Assembly: GCA_035271645.1 (NCBI GenBank)
Contig: DATERJ010000012.1
Location: 93,551 to 157,550, forward strand
DNA from: Candidatus Dojkabacteria bacterium
GTDB taxonomy: Bacteria; Patescibacteriota; Dojkabacteria; SC72
Direction: 5' to 3'
Length of the DNA: 64,000 nt
How positions within the stretch are numbered: the stretch's first letter is position 1; each line of letters begins with the position of its first letter. The position numbers were made by a program, and so were the translations under genes. Shown here one piece after another: positions 8,591 through 19,137 of this stretch. Under the pieces are notes generated by a model. That model was given only the letters and a program-made list of their open reading frames with translations, ran no database searches and was not told the origin of the DNA.

Positions 8591-9608
8591 ACTTCATTAA
8601 AATATCTTCATTATCTACCCAGCTACCATTAAGATTCCCATTTGGATGGAAAACCATTTCATAGACTTTATCTTTATGTTTAGCTTTCTCTGCGTATAGC
8701 TTTTTAAGGTCTGCAGATTCGGAGCATACAACTACATTATTATATTGGTATATCTCTACATAGTAGTAATACCCTAAAATATTTTTGATAGGTACAAATT
8801 TGGGGTTTTTATCAATTTCTTTCCAGATGTCATTCAGTACTACTTTGTTTTCTTTGCAATATTTCATTTTTTCGATATTTGACATAGATTTTTCATCATA
8901 ATCCATCAGTTCTCTGAAGATGACATTATCAATTCCAAGCTTTTCATAGAATTGAATGTAGTTCTCTATGTCTTGCATTGTACTGATACCACTTTTTAGC
9001 AAGAGACAACTTAGTCTTGGTCTTAACTTTCTTTCCAAAGCATATGGTATTATTTGTGCTAAATCTTCATTAGAGCAATACCCTTCTCTATATCTCATTA
9101 TTTTCGTGTTTATATTGTCATCATAATGTGTTTTACTAATATTCAAATGATCAAAGTTATATTTGATTAGTAGATCGAGGATACTTTTACCATTGATTTT
9201 GTGTAATAGGTAGCTTCCATTTGTGGTTATGGTTCTTTTTCTCATATTATGTTTCTCTAAGAGTTCTAGAATACCTGGTAACTTAGGTGATGCAGTTGGT
9301 TCTCCACCAGTTAATGAAACACTTAAATTAAGGGGTTCTAACTTTGTTAGCACTTCATCTAACCTTTTGTAGTATTCATTAGTATTCTTAATTGTTTCTT
9401 TTTTGTAGATTTTAGCCACATTCTCATATCGTAGTTGTGCTACACAGAATTTACAGTCCGCATTACAGAAATCATCAACAAATATTGATAGATTACAATT
9501 CCCGTAGACCTTTTTCTTCAACCCATCAAAGTCAAAATCTATAAGCTCCTTTTGATTTATGTCAAAATTTGCTTGACGTGTATATCTTAGTTTTTCAAAT
9601 TCAGACAT
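8583..9608 (-). CDS. Radical SAM protein
   Basis: CNADCKFC, TGGEP, TTNGS. Confidence 0.9.
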   Translation of the reverse strand: MSEFEKLRYTRQANFDINQKELIDFDFDGLKKKVYGNCNLSIFVDDFCNADCKFCVAQLRYENVAKIYKKETIKNTNEYYKRLDEVLTKLEPLNLSVSLTGGEPTASPKLPGILELLEKHNMRKRTITTNGSYLLHKINGKSILDLLIKYNFDHLNISKTHYDDNINTKIMRYREGYCSNEDLAQIIPYALERKLRPRLSCLLLKSGISTMQDIENYIQFYEKLGIDNVIFRELMDYDEKSMSNIEKMKYCKENKVVLNDIWKEIDKNPKFVPIKNILGYYYYVEIYQYNNVVVCSESADLKKLYAEKAKHKDKVYEMVFHPNGNLNGSWVDNEDILMKYE

Positions 9609-9618
9609 GTTTTTATAT

Positions 9619-10602
9619 TTAATAATTTAATAAAACCTTACTTCTGTTATTCCAATCTGTATCCATCAAACGTCCGTCTGCATAGAAAACAAAATCTCTT
9701 ATAATGTCATTGTCGTAATCTTTTTCTGTATAGCACTTAACAATAGAATCTTCATAAGCAAATACTTGTACAGAGTAATAAAGTCCCTCCATATCTCTAA
9801 TATGTTTAAATTTTTGATTTTTTCTTAATTCCTTAACTATTTCTGATATGTCAACAAATTTATTCATGTAATTGTCATAATTAGGTGCAGATTTCTTAAT
9901 GTTGACTAGCTCCCTAAAGAGTGTAGTTTCAACTCCAAGGTTTTTATAGAAATCTCTATAATCTAGTATTTCTTTTAAGTTTGTTACTCCTCCTTTTTGT
10001 AGAGTACATCCCATTCGAACTCCCATTCCGTTTGTGTTACAAAATGTTGCAATCCTTTGTACATCTTCATTAGAGATGGCATATGGAGTCATCATAAGTT
10101 TTGAATTTACTCTTTGGTCTGAATGCATGCGACTAATATTTATATTCTGAACTACATTGTTTTCTAACATATGTTGTAATATTGGCTTGTTGTCAACTAA
10201 ATCTAGCAAGCCACTACCATTGGTTGAGAAACTTTTATATCTGTATCCATATCTTTTAATAAGTTGTAAGGTTGGTACTAATTTTGAACTTTTTGTAGGT
10301 TCTCCACCAGTTATAGCTATTGCTGGGTTTAAATCTTTTAGTTGGTTTAATACATAATCTAGTCTTTCAATATATTCTTTATCACTATTAATCTCTTTGG
10401 AGTAGAGATAATTATCCTCGTACTTATTCATACAGAAAGGACAATTAGCATTACATTTGTTAGTTATATATATTGTCAGAGAAGCATTCCCGTATACTCT
10501 GTATTTCTTTTTATTAAAAATCTTCTCTTTGATGTCATAAACCTCTATATTGTGTGTTTCAGTTCTTTCATTACTTGCTGGTGTAAATTTTATTGTATTC
10601 AT
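9619..10602 (-). CDS. Radical SAM protein (paralog of 8583-9608)
   Basis: CNANCPFC, TGGEP, STNGS, NINIS, FREL shared with neighbour. Confidence 0.9.
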   Translation of the reverse strand: MNTIKFTPASNERTETHNIEVYDIKEKIFNKKKYRVYGNASLTIYITNKCNANCPFCMNKYEDNYLYSKEINSDKEYIERLDYVLNQLKDLNPAIAITGGEPTKSSKLVPTLQLIKRYGYRYKSFSTNGSGLLDLVDNKPILQHMLENNVVQNINISRMHSDQRVNSKLMMTPYAISNEDVQRIATFCNTNGMGVRMGCTLQKGGVTNLKEILDYRDFYKNLGVETTLFRELVNIKKSAPNYDNYMNKFVDISEIVKELRKNQKFKHIRDMEGLYYSVQVFAYEDSIVKCYTEKDYDNDIIRDFVFYADGRLMDTDWNNRSKVLLNY

Positions 10603-11273
10603 TATTTTAACCCCCTTTCATAATTGCTTCTTGCTATTAAATCTTGCTTAAAGTTTTTACCATCGCAGGAGTAAATATACCAATCATCAACATTCTGGAC
10701 AATTACAGGCAAATCATATTCACTTTCGTTTTCATATTTTCCATATCGTTGTAGATAGTAAAGATTTGATATCTTCTCTAAATCTTTTTCTTTTATTAAT
10801 TTTTTTAACCAATCATCTTTTTTTCTCAATCTTACATTTAAAATAATGTTGAAGTCTTTTATGAATTCAGTAGAGAGGTGTAAATCTTTAGCCTCATCTA
10901 TACAATTCTTATTCATGTTATATAACCAATAGTTGATACTAATTTTTATAAGAACAGGTGTTTTGTACCATTTGTGAAGTTCAACTAATCTATGTATATG
11001 TCTTTTAAGTAATATGCCATTTGTTACTATGATTATTTTCTTACATCTATTTGTACTTTGAGCGTATTCTATAAATAGATATAAGTCTTTGTGTAGGAGT
11101 GGTTCTCCGCCTTCGAGTTGAAGTTCGAAGTCATCATCATATGAGTCTATAATTTCTTTAAATTTATCAAATGAGATGAAAGTGGTTTTTGATGATTCGG
11201 ACCACATGCAGCAAAATTCGCAATCCGCATTACACTTGTTGGTTAGATTAATATATATTCTTATTAGTTTCAT
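10602..11273 (-). CDS. Short radical SAM protein
   Basis: CNADCEFC, EGGEP, VTNG. Confidence 0.88.
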   Translation of the reverse strand: MKLIRIYINLTNKCNADCEFCCMWSESSKTTFISFDKFKEIIDSYDDDFELQLEGGEPLLHKDLYLFIEYAQSTNRCKKIIIVTNGILLKRHIHRLVELHKWYKTPVLIKISINYWLYNMNKNCIDEAKDLHLSTEFIKDFNIILNVRLRKKDDWLKKLIKEKDLEKISNLYYLQRYGKYENESEYDLPVIVQNVDDWYIYSCDGKNFKQDLIARSNYERGLK

Positions 11274-11312
11274 TGTGTTGTTTTAATACAGATATATGTT
11301 ATTTACATTTTG

Positions 11313-11341
11313 ATAATATCACACCTAGGGGTATCTGTCAA
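11313..11341 (-). promoter_or_regulatory. sigma70 promoter TTGACA-17-TATTAT for rSAM operon
   Basis: -35 at 11336-11341, -10 at 11313-11318 with extended TG. Confidence 0.55.
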
Positions 11342-11396
11342 GTGTGTGAAAATGATTACTAATCTAAGCATGTTATCTAAATTTAAACATTATGGA

Positions 11397-12077
11397 TTAT
11401 ATCTCTATCTGAGAGTTAAAATCCCATGTAGAATATAGATTACCATCTGTTCTGTATACCAGATATCTGTTTGTACTATCCATACATGATTCATCAACCC
11501 ACACATTATATTTCTCTCTTAATGTTTGAGCTTCTGTAGTTGAAAAAGTCTGTCTATGTTCTTCTATATATGCATCTACCTTAGGGTGATGGTTTGATGT
11601 TTTTTGTAAGTATTTAACTGTTATCTGTTTATCATCCCCTGCTCTTTCTCTTAACCTTACGATATCGGTATATGATAATTGATCTGTTAGGATAACTGTA
11701 TATCTAGTAATTCCAAAATCAGCAACTGGAAGCTTAGTTGGAATTTTATTCATAGAATATGCTACTACATCTATTTCAGGAAGACCTTTGAAGTTCTGAT
11801 TAGCTGTTTGTATTTCTACTTTACACTCTTTATGTTTAGAAAGTATTTTTAAGGAGTTGGTTATAAAATCAGGAAAGAGTGTTGGTTCTGTCATTCCTGT
11901 AATGACAACGGTAGATATATTGTGATTGGTTATGACATTGTCTAATCTTTTTAAATATAACTCTGTATTATTATTGTAGAAATCATCGTTATATGGATTC
12001 TCTCCCTCAAAAGCTGATACACAATATGGACAACCATATGGACACTTAATATATGGACTGGTTAGTTGTAGGTTCAT
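11397..12077 (-). CDS. Short radical SAM protein
   Basis: CPYGCPYC, ITGMTEP; starts 24 bp after tRNA-Leu 3' end. Confidence 0.82.
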   Translation of the reverse strand: MNLQLTSPYIKCPYGCPYCVSAFEGENPYNDDFYNNNTELYLKRLDNVITNHNISTVVITGMTEPTLFPDFITNSLKILSKHKECKVEIQTANQNFKGLPEIDVVAYSMNKIPTKLPVADFGITRYTVILTDQLSYTDIVRLRERAGDDKQITVKYLQKTSNHHPKVDAYIEEHRQTFSTTEAQTLREKYNVWVDESCMDSTNRYLVYRTDGNLYSTWDFNSQIEI

Positions 12078-12100
12078 TTTTGTTAAAATATTGGTAAGAA

Positions 12101-12184
12101 TGCAGGAAGAGGGAATCGAACCCTCACTCTATTGCTAGAACGGGATTTTAAGTCCCGCGCGTCTGCCTATTCCGCCATTCCTGC
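12101..12184 (-). tRNA. tRNA-Leu(TAA)
   Basis: GCAGGAA acceptor, CGGGA-cttaaaa-TCCCG anticodon arm, long variable arm, GGTTCGATTCC. Confidence 0.95.
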
Positions 12185-12226
12185 TAATAGGTGTGTGTAT
12201 TCTATCAAAAAAGACTTAGAAATATA

Positions 12227-12299
12227 AGGTGACGACGGGATTCGAACCCGTGGTAGTGGTTTTGCAGACCACGGCCTTAACCAGCTTGGCTACGTCACC
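12227..12299 (-). tRNA. tRNA-Cys(GCA)
   Basis: GGTGACG/CGTCACC acceptor, GTGGT-ctgcaaa-ACCAC, GGTTCGAATCC, U discriminator. Confidence 0.95.
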
Positions 12300-13703
12300 C
12301 TAGAGATTAAGAATATCTTTGACAGTTAAGATTTCTAATATACTATCTGAGTCTTTGTTTTTAATAGAGCTTCCGCTAATTATAGCGATTTTGTCTAATA
12401 AATCCAACTCCCCACTACCATATACTTTTTCTACTGCAAGAATAACGTTGGCATCTCGATCATCAGATAGTTCTTTTATGTGGAATGTTTTTACTCCACG
12501 ATAGATAGCATTCTCTCGGACTGTTTTAATAGAGGAATTAAGAACATAGATTGGTACATTAGGTCTGTGTCTACTAACACTACCTACAATACCTTCTGAA
12601 TTAGATATGATTATGATTCCCTTAATTCCAATTTCCTCAGTTAGTTTACATACTGTTAAACCCAAACAATCTTCATGTTCACCTGCAGATGTTTTTCCTT
12701 CAATTGGTGAGAGCTTCATAATGGCTTCTGTTTTCATTGCAATTCTATTCATTGTTTGGACAGCTTCAACAGGATAATTCCCAGTAGAGGTTTCGGCAGA
12801 GAGCATTACACAGTCAGTTCCATCCATTACTGCGTTTGCTACATCTGACACCTCTGCTCTTGTTGGTCTCTTGTTCTCTCTCATAGACTCCAGCATCTGT
12901 GTTGCAACAATTACTGGTTTACCTGCTTGTCTACATTTGAAGATTAACTGCTTCTGAATAATGGGAACATCTTCTAAATCCATCTCTACTCCCATATCTC
13001 CCCTAGCAATCATTACAGCATCTGTCTCTTTAAGTATCTCATCAAAATTTGCAACACCTTGCTCATTCTCTATCTTCGCAATGACCTTAGTTCCATTCTC
13101 CCCTATCAACTTTCTAACTAAAAGAATATCCTCTTTACTTCTTACAAATGAAGCACTAATGAAGTCAAAGCCATGATTTGCGGCATATATGATATCCTTC
13201 TCATCTTTTTCTGTTAGCGCTGGAAAGTTAAGATTAACAGAAGGAATGTTGACAGTTTTGTTAGGCTTTAGAATACCACTCTGAATGACATCACACAGAA
13301 CCTCAGTACCTTTAATCTGTTTAACTATTAGTTGAATATTTCCATCATCAAGCATAATCTTTGTACCAATTACAACATCTTCATGAAGTGTTGGATATGT
13401 AACTTTAATGATATTTTCATTTGGATTATCTACAGAAGAAAGAACAAGTGTGTCTTTAACCTCAACCTCTTTGGCTAATCCCCTAACTCTAATCTTTGTT
13501 CCTTGTGTATCTAGAATGGTTGCAATTCTGGGAGATATATCCCTAAGTTGTTTTGATACTCTTTCCAATTCCGCTTCATCGGCAAAAGAAGCATTAATTC
13601 TAGCTAGCCTCATGCCATTCTCATACATCTTTTGGAGTATCTCATTATCCCATGTAGAGGGACCTATGGTGGCTACAATTTTTGTTTTTGCGACATTTTT
13701 CAT
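12300..13703 (-). CDS. pyk: Pyruvate kinase
   Basis: TKIVATIGP, IAKIE, ARGDMGVE, ATQMLESM, PTRAEVSDVANAV. Confidence 0.97.
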   Translation of the reverse strand: MKNVAKTKIVATIGPSTWDNEILQKMYENGMRLARINASFADEAELERVSKQLRDISPRIATILDTQGTKIRVRGLAKEVEVKDTLVLSSVDNPNENIIKVTYPTLHEDVVIGTKIMLDDGNIQLIVKQIKGTEVLCDVIQSGILKPNKTVNIPSVNLNFPALTEKDEKDIIYAANHGFDFISASFVRSKEDILLVRKLIGENGTKVIAKIENEQGVANFDEILKETDAVMIARGDMGVEMDLEDVPIIQKQLIFKCRQAGKPVIVATQMLESMRENKRPTRAEVSDVANAVMDGTDCVMLSAETSTGNYPVEAVQTMNRIAMKTEAIMKLSPIEGKTSAGEHEDCLGLTVCKLTEEIGIKGIIIISNSEGIVGSVSRHRPNVPIYVLNSSIKTVRENAIYRGVKTFHIKELSDDRDANVILAVEKVYGSGELDLLDKIAIISGSSIKNKDSDSILEILTVKDILNL

Positions 13704-13793
13704 TTGAGCAGTTTCTTAATATTTTAGTATACAGCATTGTAAAAGTTTTGGGAATCTAGTATCCTAAGGTTAGTAAATTGTAGGTTTATTTTA

Positions 13794-14201
13794 ATGAAAG
13801 AAGGTTCAAAATTAGTTCTTGTTGGGATGCTAGTGCTCTATTTCGTTCTAAGTTTGTTTGGAGATGCTTTTCAATTACCAGAATCTTTTCTCTATCTCTT
13901 CCTAACTCTTTTAGGAGGTGGGATTGCTTTGCTTCTTGCTTGCCCTGTTCTTAACTTTTTGACAGTTAAATGTAACTTCATAACCTTTCTTTTGATGGGA
14001 ACTTTAATTTTAACAGGAGTATTGCTCTTAATGAACTTAATTATGGTTGGTTTTACTGTTAATGAATTTCAGTTTGCTGGATTGAAATTAGGTAATGTCC
14101 AAATTAATGAATTTAAAGTAATTCCCCTTGTGTCTATCGCTATCGCTTCTTTTCTAGCATCATTGTTAACAGCAATATACAAAGAGCTTGATAGGGAGTA
14201 A
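13794..14201 (+). CDS. 4-TM membrane protein (YvlD/phage-holin-4-like)
   Basis: Hydrophobic, P-VLNFLT pattern. Confidence 0.5.
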   Translation: MKEGSKLVLVGMLVLYFVLSLFGDAFQLPESFLYLFLTLLGGGIALLLACPVLNFLTVKCNFITFLLMGTLILTGVLLLMNLIMVGFTVNEFQFAGLKLGNVQINEFKVIPLVSIAIASFLASLLTAIYKELDRE

Positions 14202-14230
14202 TTTTTCTTAATTTAGTGTATAATTCAATT

Positions 14231-14458
14231 ATGGATACAACAAAAATATTATCGATAGTACAAATAGTGGTCTGTGTAATACTTGTTATCAGTATTCTTC
14301 TTCAAAACAGAGCTGAGGGTTTGGGACAGATGTTTGGAGGAGGTGGTGAGATATTTAGAACTAAGAGGGGTTTAGAAAAATTCCTTTACTATCTAACAAT
14401 TGGAATGATTGCAGTATTAGTTATCACCTCTGTAGTGATTTTGAAGCTCTCTTCTTAG
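14231..14458 (+). CDS. secG: Preprotein translocase subunit SecG
   Basis: ILLQ..EGLG.MFGG..RTKRGLEK; ATG 14231 directly after TGTATAAT. Confidence 0.9.
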   Translation: MDTTKILSIVQIVVCVILVISILLQNRAEGLGQMFGGGGEIFRTKRGLEKFLYYLTIGMIAVLVITSVVILKLSS

Positions 14459-14481
14459 GTAGATAACCAGCTGGTAATTTT

Positions 14482-16248
14482 ATGAAAAAGAAGAAAAGAG
14501 ATATTGTTGCTGATAATACGATGAAGGATGCTCTTGAGGACTTGAATATTTCAGCTCCTTCAACTTCTCCTGAGAAGAAATTTAGTATTCGTGATGCCAT
14601 TTGGAATTATCCTAAAACCTTCCTCATGCTCTACAAGAAGTTAATTCCACTTAGCTATATTTTCCTTTTTGCAATCGTGGCAGGTATTTTAGTTTTGTTT
14701 TTAAATAGCTCTGTGGTTAGTAAGGTGGGTAAGGAAAGTGTTAGGAAAGACACTTTTGTCGAGGGTTTAGTTGGAACTGTTGATTCTCTAAATCCTTTGT
14801 TTGTGACAAATAACTTTTCGGATAGAGCTATCCAGAGTCTTGTTTTTCAGAAATTTGTTAATATTGATAATGAGGGAAATCCAATAGCAGGTGTGGCAAG
14901 TAGTTGGATTACCAGTGAAAATGGATTGGTTGTAGATTTTAAGATAGATGATGGATTGAAATGGAGTGATGGTAGCGATTTAACAGTAGATGATGTTGTT
15001 TTTACTTTCGAGACTGCCATTGCTCTTGCTAAACGTAGTGGTTTTGACTCTGTGGGAGAGGCTTTTCAGGATATAGGGGTGGAGAAAATTGATAATGAAA
15101 CAGTTAGGTTTCAATTGAAGGAGAGAAATCCTGTTTTTTTTAAAGCGATATCTATATATATAGTTCCAAAATCTAGACTTGAAGAGGTTGATGTTGGGAG
15201 GATGGCATTTGATCACTTTGCTAAATATCCGATGGGAAGTGGAAAATTTCATGTTGTAAAGATAGATGATTACGAGGTTGTGCTCGAGGACAATGAGTAT
15301 GATAAGTATGAGCCAAAGATTAAGAAGCTTGTATTAAAGATATATCCAACATTGGAAGCAGAAGAGATGGCTTTTAGAGTGGGAAATTTAGATGCCGTTG
15401 GTGGATGGGATAGGAAATCGTTTAGGTATACAGAGGAGTACAGGAATTATTCTAAATATTCTATGACTATTAGGGATAGAGAGAAACTAATTTTCTTTAA
15501 TCTTCGTAAGGATTCTTTGAAGAATGAGAATATGCGAAGGGCTCTAAACTATCTGCTTGATAAGGAGAGGTATCTGGAGGAGCTTGATGTTGGAGGTGAG
15601 ATTATGCATGGTCCATTCCCTAAGACTTCTTGGGCATATAGTGATGATTTTGAGAAGTATCAATACAATCCGCAGAAAGCTAAAGAGTTGTTAAAGGATT
15701 TGGGATATGTAATGAATACTGAGAGTGGTTATTATGAAACGGAGAATAAGGAGATTCTTAACTTCACTCTTAGCTATCTTGATACACCTACAAATAGTAG
15801 AATGGCAGAGTTGTTGATTGATTATTACAAAAAGGAGGGAGTATTTCTTAAGGGTAATGGGGTTGGGTATGATCAGATTACACAAGAAATTATTGCAACA
15901 AGAAATTTTGAGATGCTTCTTTATGAAGTGGAGACAGCAATAGACCCAGATCAGTATAATCTATGGCATTCACTTAAAGTTAATTATCCAGATTTGAATC
16001 TTTCAGGATATGATTATGAAAGAGTAGATATTTTGCTTGAGGAGGCTAGACAGACAATAAACAAGGATACAAGAAAACAGAAGTATACTTTGTTTCAGAG
16101 GTATCTAAATAATGACAGTCCTGTGATTTTTCTCTATAACCCATCTTTTGAATATATTGTTGATTCAGGACTTAAAGGAATCGACTTGGAATCTATAAAT
16201 AACTCGTATGATAGATTTCATAATATTGAAGAATGGTATTGGGAGTAA
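14482..16248 (+). CDS. ABC transporter substrate-binding protein family 5 (peptide-binding)
   Basis: LNPL, WSDG..LTVDDVVFT, PMGSG.F, DPDQY.LWHS, NLSGY. Confidence 0.85.
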   Translation: MKKKKRDIVADNTMKDALEDLNISAPSTSPEKKFSIRDAIWNYPKTFLMLYKKLIPLSYIFLFAIVAGILVLFLNSSVVSKVGKESVRKDTFVEGLVGTVDSLNPLFVTNNFSDRAIQSLVFQKFVNIDNEGNPIAGVASSWITSENGLVVDFKIDDGLKWSDGSDLTVDDVVFTFETAIALAKRSGFDSVGEAFQDIGVEKIDNETVRFQLKERNPVFFKAISIYIVPKSRLEEVDVGRMAFDHFAKYPMGSGKFHVVKIDDYEVVLEDNEYDKYEPKIKKLVLKIYPTLEAEEMAFRVGNLDAVGGWDRKSFRYTEEYRNYSKYSMTIRDREKLIFFNLRKDSLKNENMRRALNYLLDKERYLEELDVGGEIMHGPFPKTSWAYSDDFEKYQYNPQKAKELLKDLGYVMNTESGYYETENKEILNFTLSYLDTPTNSRMAELLIDYYKKEGVFLKGNGVGYDQITQEIIATRNFEMLLYEVETAIDPDQYNLWHSLKVNYPDLNLSGYDYERVDILLEEARQTINKDTRKQKYTLFQRYLNNDSPVIFLYNPSFEYIVDSGLKGIDLESINNSYDRFHNIEEWYWE

Positions 16249-16331
16249 TGCCAAGGGGGGGAGTTGAACCCCCACCCTATTGCTAGGACTACGTTCTGAA
16301 CGTAGCGTGTCTGCCATTTCACCACCCTGGC
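16249..16331 (-). tRNA. tRNA-Leu(CAG)
   Basis: GCCAGGG acceptor, CTACG-ttcagaa-CGTAG, long variable arm. Confidence 0.93.
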
Positions 16332-16333
16332 AA

Positions 16334-17470
16334 CTATTTCTTTGAGGTTAATGATACTTTTACTTTCTTCTTCTCCTTTCCTTTATCATCATCAGGGTCT
16401 TCATGTTTAAAATCCTTAAGGAAATCTATCTTTGTGACAATTCTTTCTTTCTCTTCTTTTTTAGGTTCCTCTTCAGATTTACTGGCAGTCTTTATCTCAT
16501 TTATCACTACTGGTTCTACATTTTCCTCCTCTTCAATAGGTTGCTCTTCAACAGGCTTTTCAAATCCAACTTCTTTATTAATCAATTTCTCTCTTAGTGT
16601 CATAGGTTTTTCCTCGGTGTTAATGGGTTTCTCTAGTGTCTTAGATGCGATTTCAACTACTTTGTTCTCTCTGTTTTTCTGAGAGATTGTTGTAAAAAGT
16701 AAACCGAAAAGTATCCCTAAAACTAATGCAGATGCAAGGAGCATTATTAAATCAGTATTAGTAGAGAAAACTTCTTTGATATTAGTACTATCAATATCTT
16801 TGAAGGAGAAGTGGATTTTCTGTCTTTCATCTTCTTTAATCTCTGGCTTCTGGTTGTTTCCAATATCTAATGTCATCGAATCTGCTAAGTTACTTGCGTA
16901 TCCGTATTTTCTTACATATGCTGTAAAGGAATAGGTTCCTGTTGGTATACTATCAACAACTTCAATTCTCCATTTTCCATCCTCATCAACCTCTCCTACT
17001 TTGGTAATCATTTTTTTATCTGTACTTAGTAGTAGAATTACCTCTGAACCTGCAAGTCCAGAACCAGAGAAGATTATCTGTGATGTTTCTACAGAGGGGG
17101 TATTTAATATTGGAGCTCTAGGAATGATAATAATTTCCTTATCTATTGTTTGTGTTGCACCATATTTGTCTACAAACTTGAATTTAAGTAGGTGATTCCC
17201 AATACTTAGAGCTGGCAATGAGTATGGACTTTTTATTGTAGTAAAGCCTTTTTTATCTATCTCCAAGTGAACACCTTCCTTCTCTGTTGATGGGTCACTA
17301 AATGTAATAATTAGGCTTGGATTATCAGTTATTGTCGGTAGTTCTAGTGCAAGTTCTTCAATTGTAATTGTTTTTCCCTCTTCTTTGTTGTTCTCTGCAA
17401 AAACAAGGAAAGGTGAAAAGATAAATGATAATATTACGAGAACGATTGATGCTTTTTTAAGAAATTTCAT
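16334..17470 (-). CDS. Exported Ig-like membrane-anchored hypothetical protein
   Basis: Signal peptide, beta-rich domain, one TM, charged tail. Confidence 0.6.
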   Translation of the reverse strand: MKFLKKASIVLVILSFIFSPFLVFAENNKEEGKTITIEELALELPTITDNPSLIITFSDPSTEKEGVHLEIDKKGFTTIKSPYSLPALSIGNHLLKFKFVDKYGATQTIDKEIIIIPRAPILNTPSVETSQIIFSGSGLAGSEVILLLSTDKKMITKVGEVDEDGKWRIEVVDSIPTGTYSFTAYVRKYGYASNLADSMTLDIGNNQKPEIKEDERQKIHFSFKDIDSTNIKEVFSTNTDLIMLLASALVLGILFGLLFTTISQKNRENKVVEIASKTLEKPINTEEKPMTLREKLINKEVGFEKPVEEQPIEEEENVEPVVINEIKTASKSEEEPKKEEKERIVTKIDFLKDFKHEDPDDDKGKEKKKVKVSLTSKK

Positions 17471-17496
17471 TTTAGGCAGAATTTAATTAAATTAAT

Positions 17497-17970
17497 TTAT
17501 ATCCTATCGATAAATAATACACCATCTAGGTGGTCAATTTCATGTTGTATAGTAATTGCATTAAAATCACTATATTTTTCTGTATGCCACTGACCCTTTT
17601 TGTCCTGATATTTGATTTTCACCCTCCTATATCTTAATACTTTTTCCTCTCGATTGGGAACACTTAGACAAGATTCCATCTCTTTGCTTTTTACAAAACC
17701 AATTGGTTCTACCGTTGGGTTGATAAAAAGTTTCCACTCATCGGTATCGTAATCTAGAATGTAAAAGATCCTTTTATTTACACCAACCTGTGGTGATGCG
17801 ATTCCACCTGCAGGTTCTTCACTCTCTTGTGCAGTAAGTAGGAGGTCATCTAGAAACTCTTGAAACTCTTTAGAGTTAAACTCTTCCTCTTTAACAGGAA
17901 TACTCGGTGTCCTTAATGAAACCTCATCTTCCTTTTTATCAATTTTTAGTATTCTTAAAGCCTTTGCCAT
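17497..17970 (-). CDS. def: Peptide deformylase
   Basis: GGIASPQVG, ESCLS, QHEIDHLDG. Confidence 0.92.
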   Translation of the reverse strand: MAKALRILKIDKKEDEVSLRTPSIPVKEEEFNSKEFQEFLDDLLLTAQESEEPAGGIASPQVGVNKRIFYILDYDTDEWKLFINPTVEPIGFVKSKEMESCLSVPNREEKVLRYRRVKIKYQDKKGQWHTEKYSDFNAITIQHEIDHLDGVLFIDRI

Positions 17971-18033
17971 AATGAAAGTATATCATATTTAGATGTGAGG
18001 ATTTTGTGATGTTGTTTAATGTAAAATGATTAA

Positions 18034-19137
18034 ATGAGTAATAGAACAAGTATGAAGCTTGAAGACAGCTTAAATGAATATACCTTAACTGTTGTTAAGG
18101 ATCTTTTTCTCTGTACATTAGTAATGTCTTGTCTTAGTCTTCTACTCTGTTTTTATGGTATGGGAGAGCATTACTATCATCTGTCTTGCCTTTTCTTTTT
18201 ACTTGCAATCTTTCTGTTTGTTGTACTCAAAAGAAGAGATAAATGTGGGAAATTTTTGACAAAGATGATAGCTATATTCACTCCACTACTACTTTTGGGT
18301 CTTTTTTTAGTTGATGACTTTGTAATTTCGATAAAACCTTTAGTCTACCTCTATTTCACTTTCTTTTTGATAGAGATTATTAGGATGGCATTTTTGTTAG
18401 ATTCTTATGTAAGGTCTCTTTTAAAGAAACAGCAAGAATATCAGATTGTTGCGAGTTTTGAGAATCGTAACAGGCTTTTAGGTAAGGTTTCTAGGTCATT
18501 ACTTCACGATATCGCTACACCAGTAAGTATTCTTCTTGGTTGTTTAGAATTGTCAGAGGGTAGAAAGTTGAGCAAAATAGAGCGAGAGGATTTATACACC
18601 AATGTTAAAATAGCTGTAAATCAAATGGATTCCATATTGCATAGCACAGATTTTTTGATGAAGAGGTCTTCTTCTGTTGAAAGCTTTTCAATTGATGAGT
18701 GTATAGAGGAGATAGTTACTTTGCTAAGGGTGAGGACTGATGAGGCATGTATTCTAGTTGAAAGAAATTATCATACTAAAGAGAATATTACAGGAGATAG
18801 AAATGTGTTTTTAAGGGTGTTTCTTAATGTTTTTCTGAATGCTATAGAGGAATTGGAGAAAAGGAAGAGAGATGTTAGAAAAATATCAATAAAGACATCA
18901 GAGACACCTGAATTCTTTACAGTATACATCTTTGATAATGGGGACGGTTTCGATTCTAAGTTGCAGAGAGTATTTAACAATGAGGAGTTTATCTTTTCTG
19001 GAAAAGCTTTAGATTTAGGAAGTGGTTTGGTTTTTGTAAAGTATTGTGTGAGAGAGATTTTTAATGGAGATATTAAGATTGAGAATCATAAAGGTGAAAT
19101 GAGGAATTGTTTAAAATTAGTAATCCCTAGGGATTAG
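18034..19137 (+). CDS. Membrane sensor histidine kinase
   Basis: 4 TM, HDIATP H-box, NVFLNA N-box, DNGDG, GSGL. Confidence 0.85.
   Translation: MSNRTSMKLEDSLNEYTLTVVKDLFLCTLVMSCLSLLLCFYGMGEHYYHLSCLFFLLAIFLFVVLKRRDKCGKFLTKMIAIFTPLLLLGLFLVDDFVISIKPLVYLYFTFFLIEIIRMAFLLDSYVRSLLKKQQEYQIVASFENRNRLLGKVSRSLLHDIATPVSILLGCLELSEGRKLSKIEREDLYTNVKIAVNQMDSILHSTDFLMKRSSSVESFSIDECIEEIVTLLRVRTDEACILVERNYHTKENITGDRNVFLRVFLNVFLNAIEELEKRKRDVRKISIKTSETPEFFTVYIFDNGDGFDSKLQRVFNNEEFIFSGKALDLGSGLVFVKYCVREIFNGDIKIENHKGEMRNCLKLVIPRD

Noticed and set aside
8583-12077. Calling the rSAM proteins viperins, MoaA or RiPP maturases
   Set aside because: Viperin signature, C-terminal auxiliary-cluster cysteines and precursor peptide are absent
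2592-12106. 10-bp AGAATGCAGG shared by tRNA-Leu 3' end and 2592 as attL/attR of an island
   Set aside because: Too short, found post hoc, and no integrase; cannot be separated from chance
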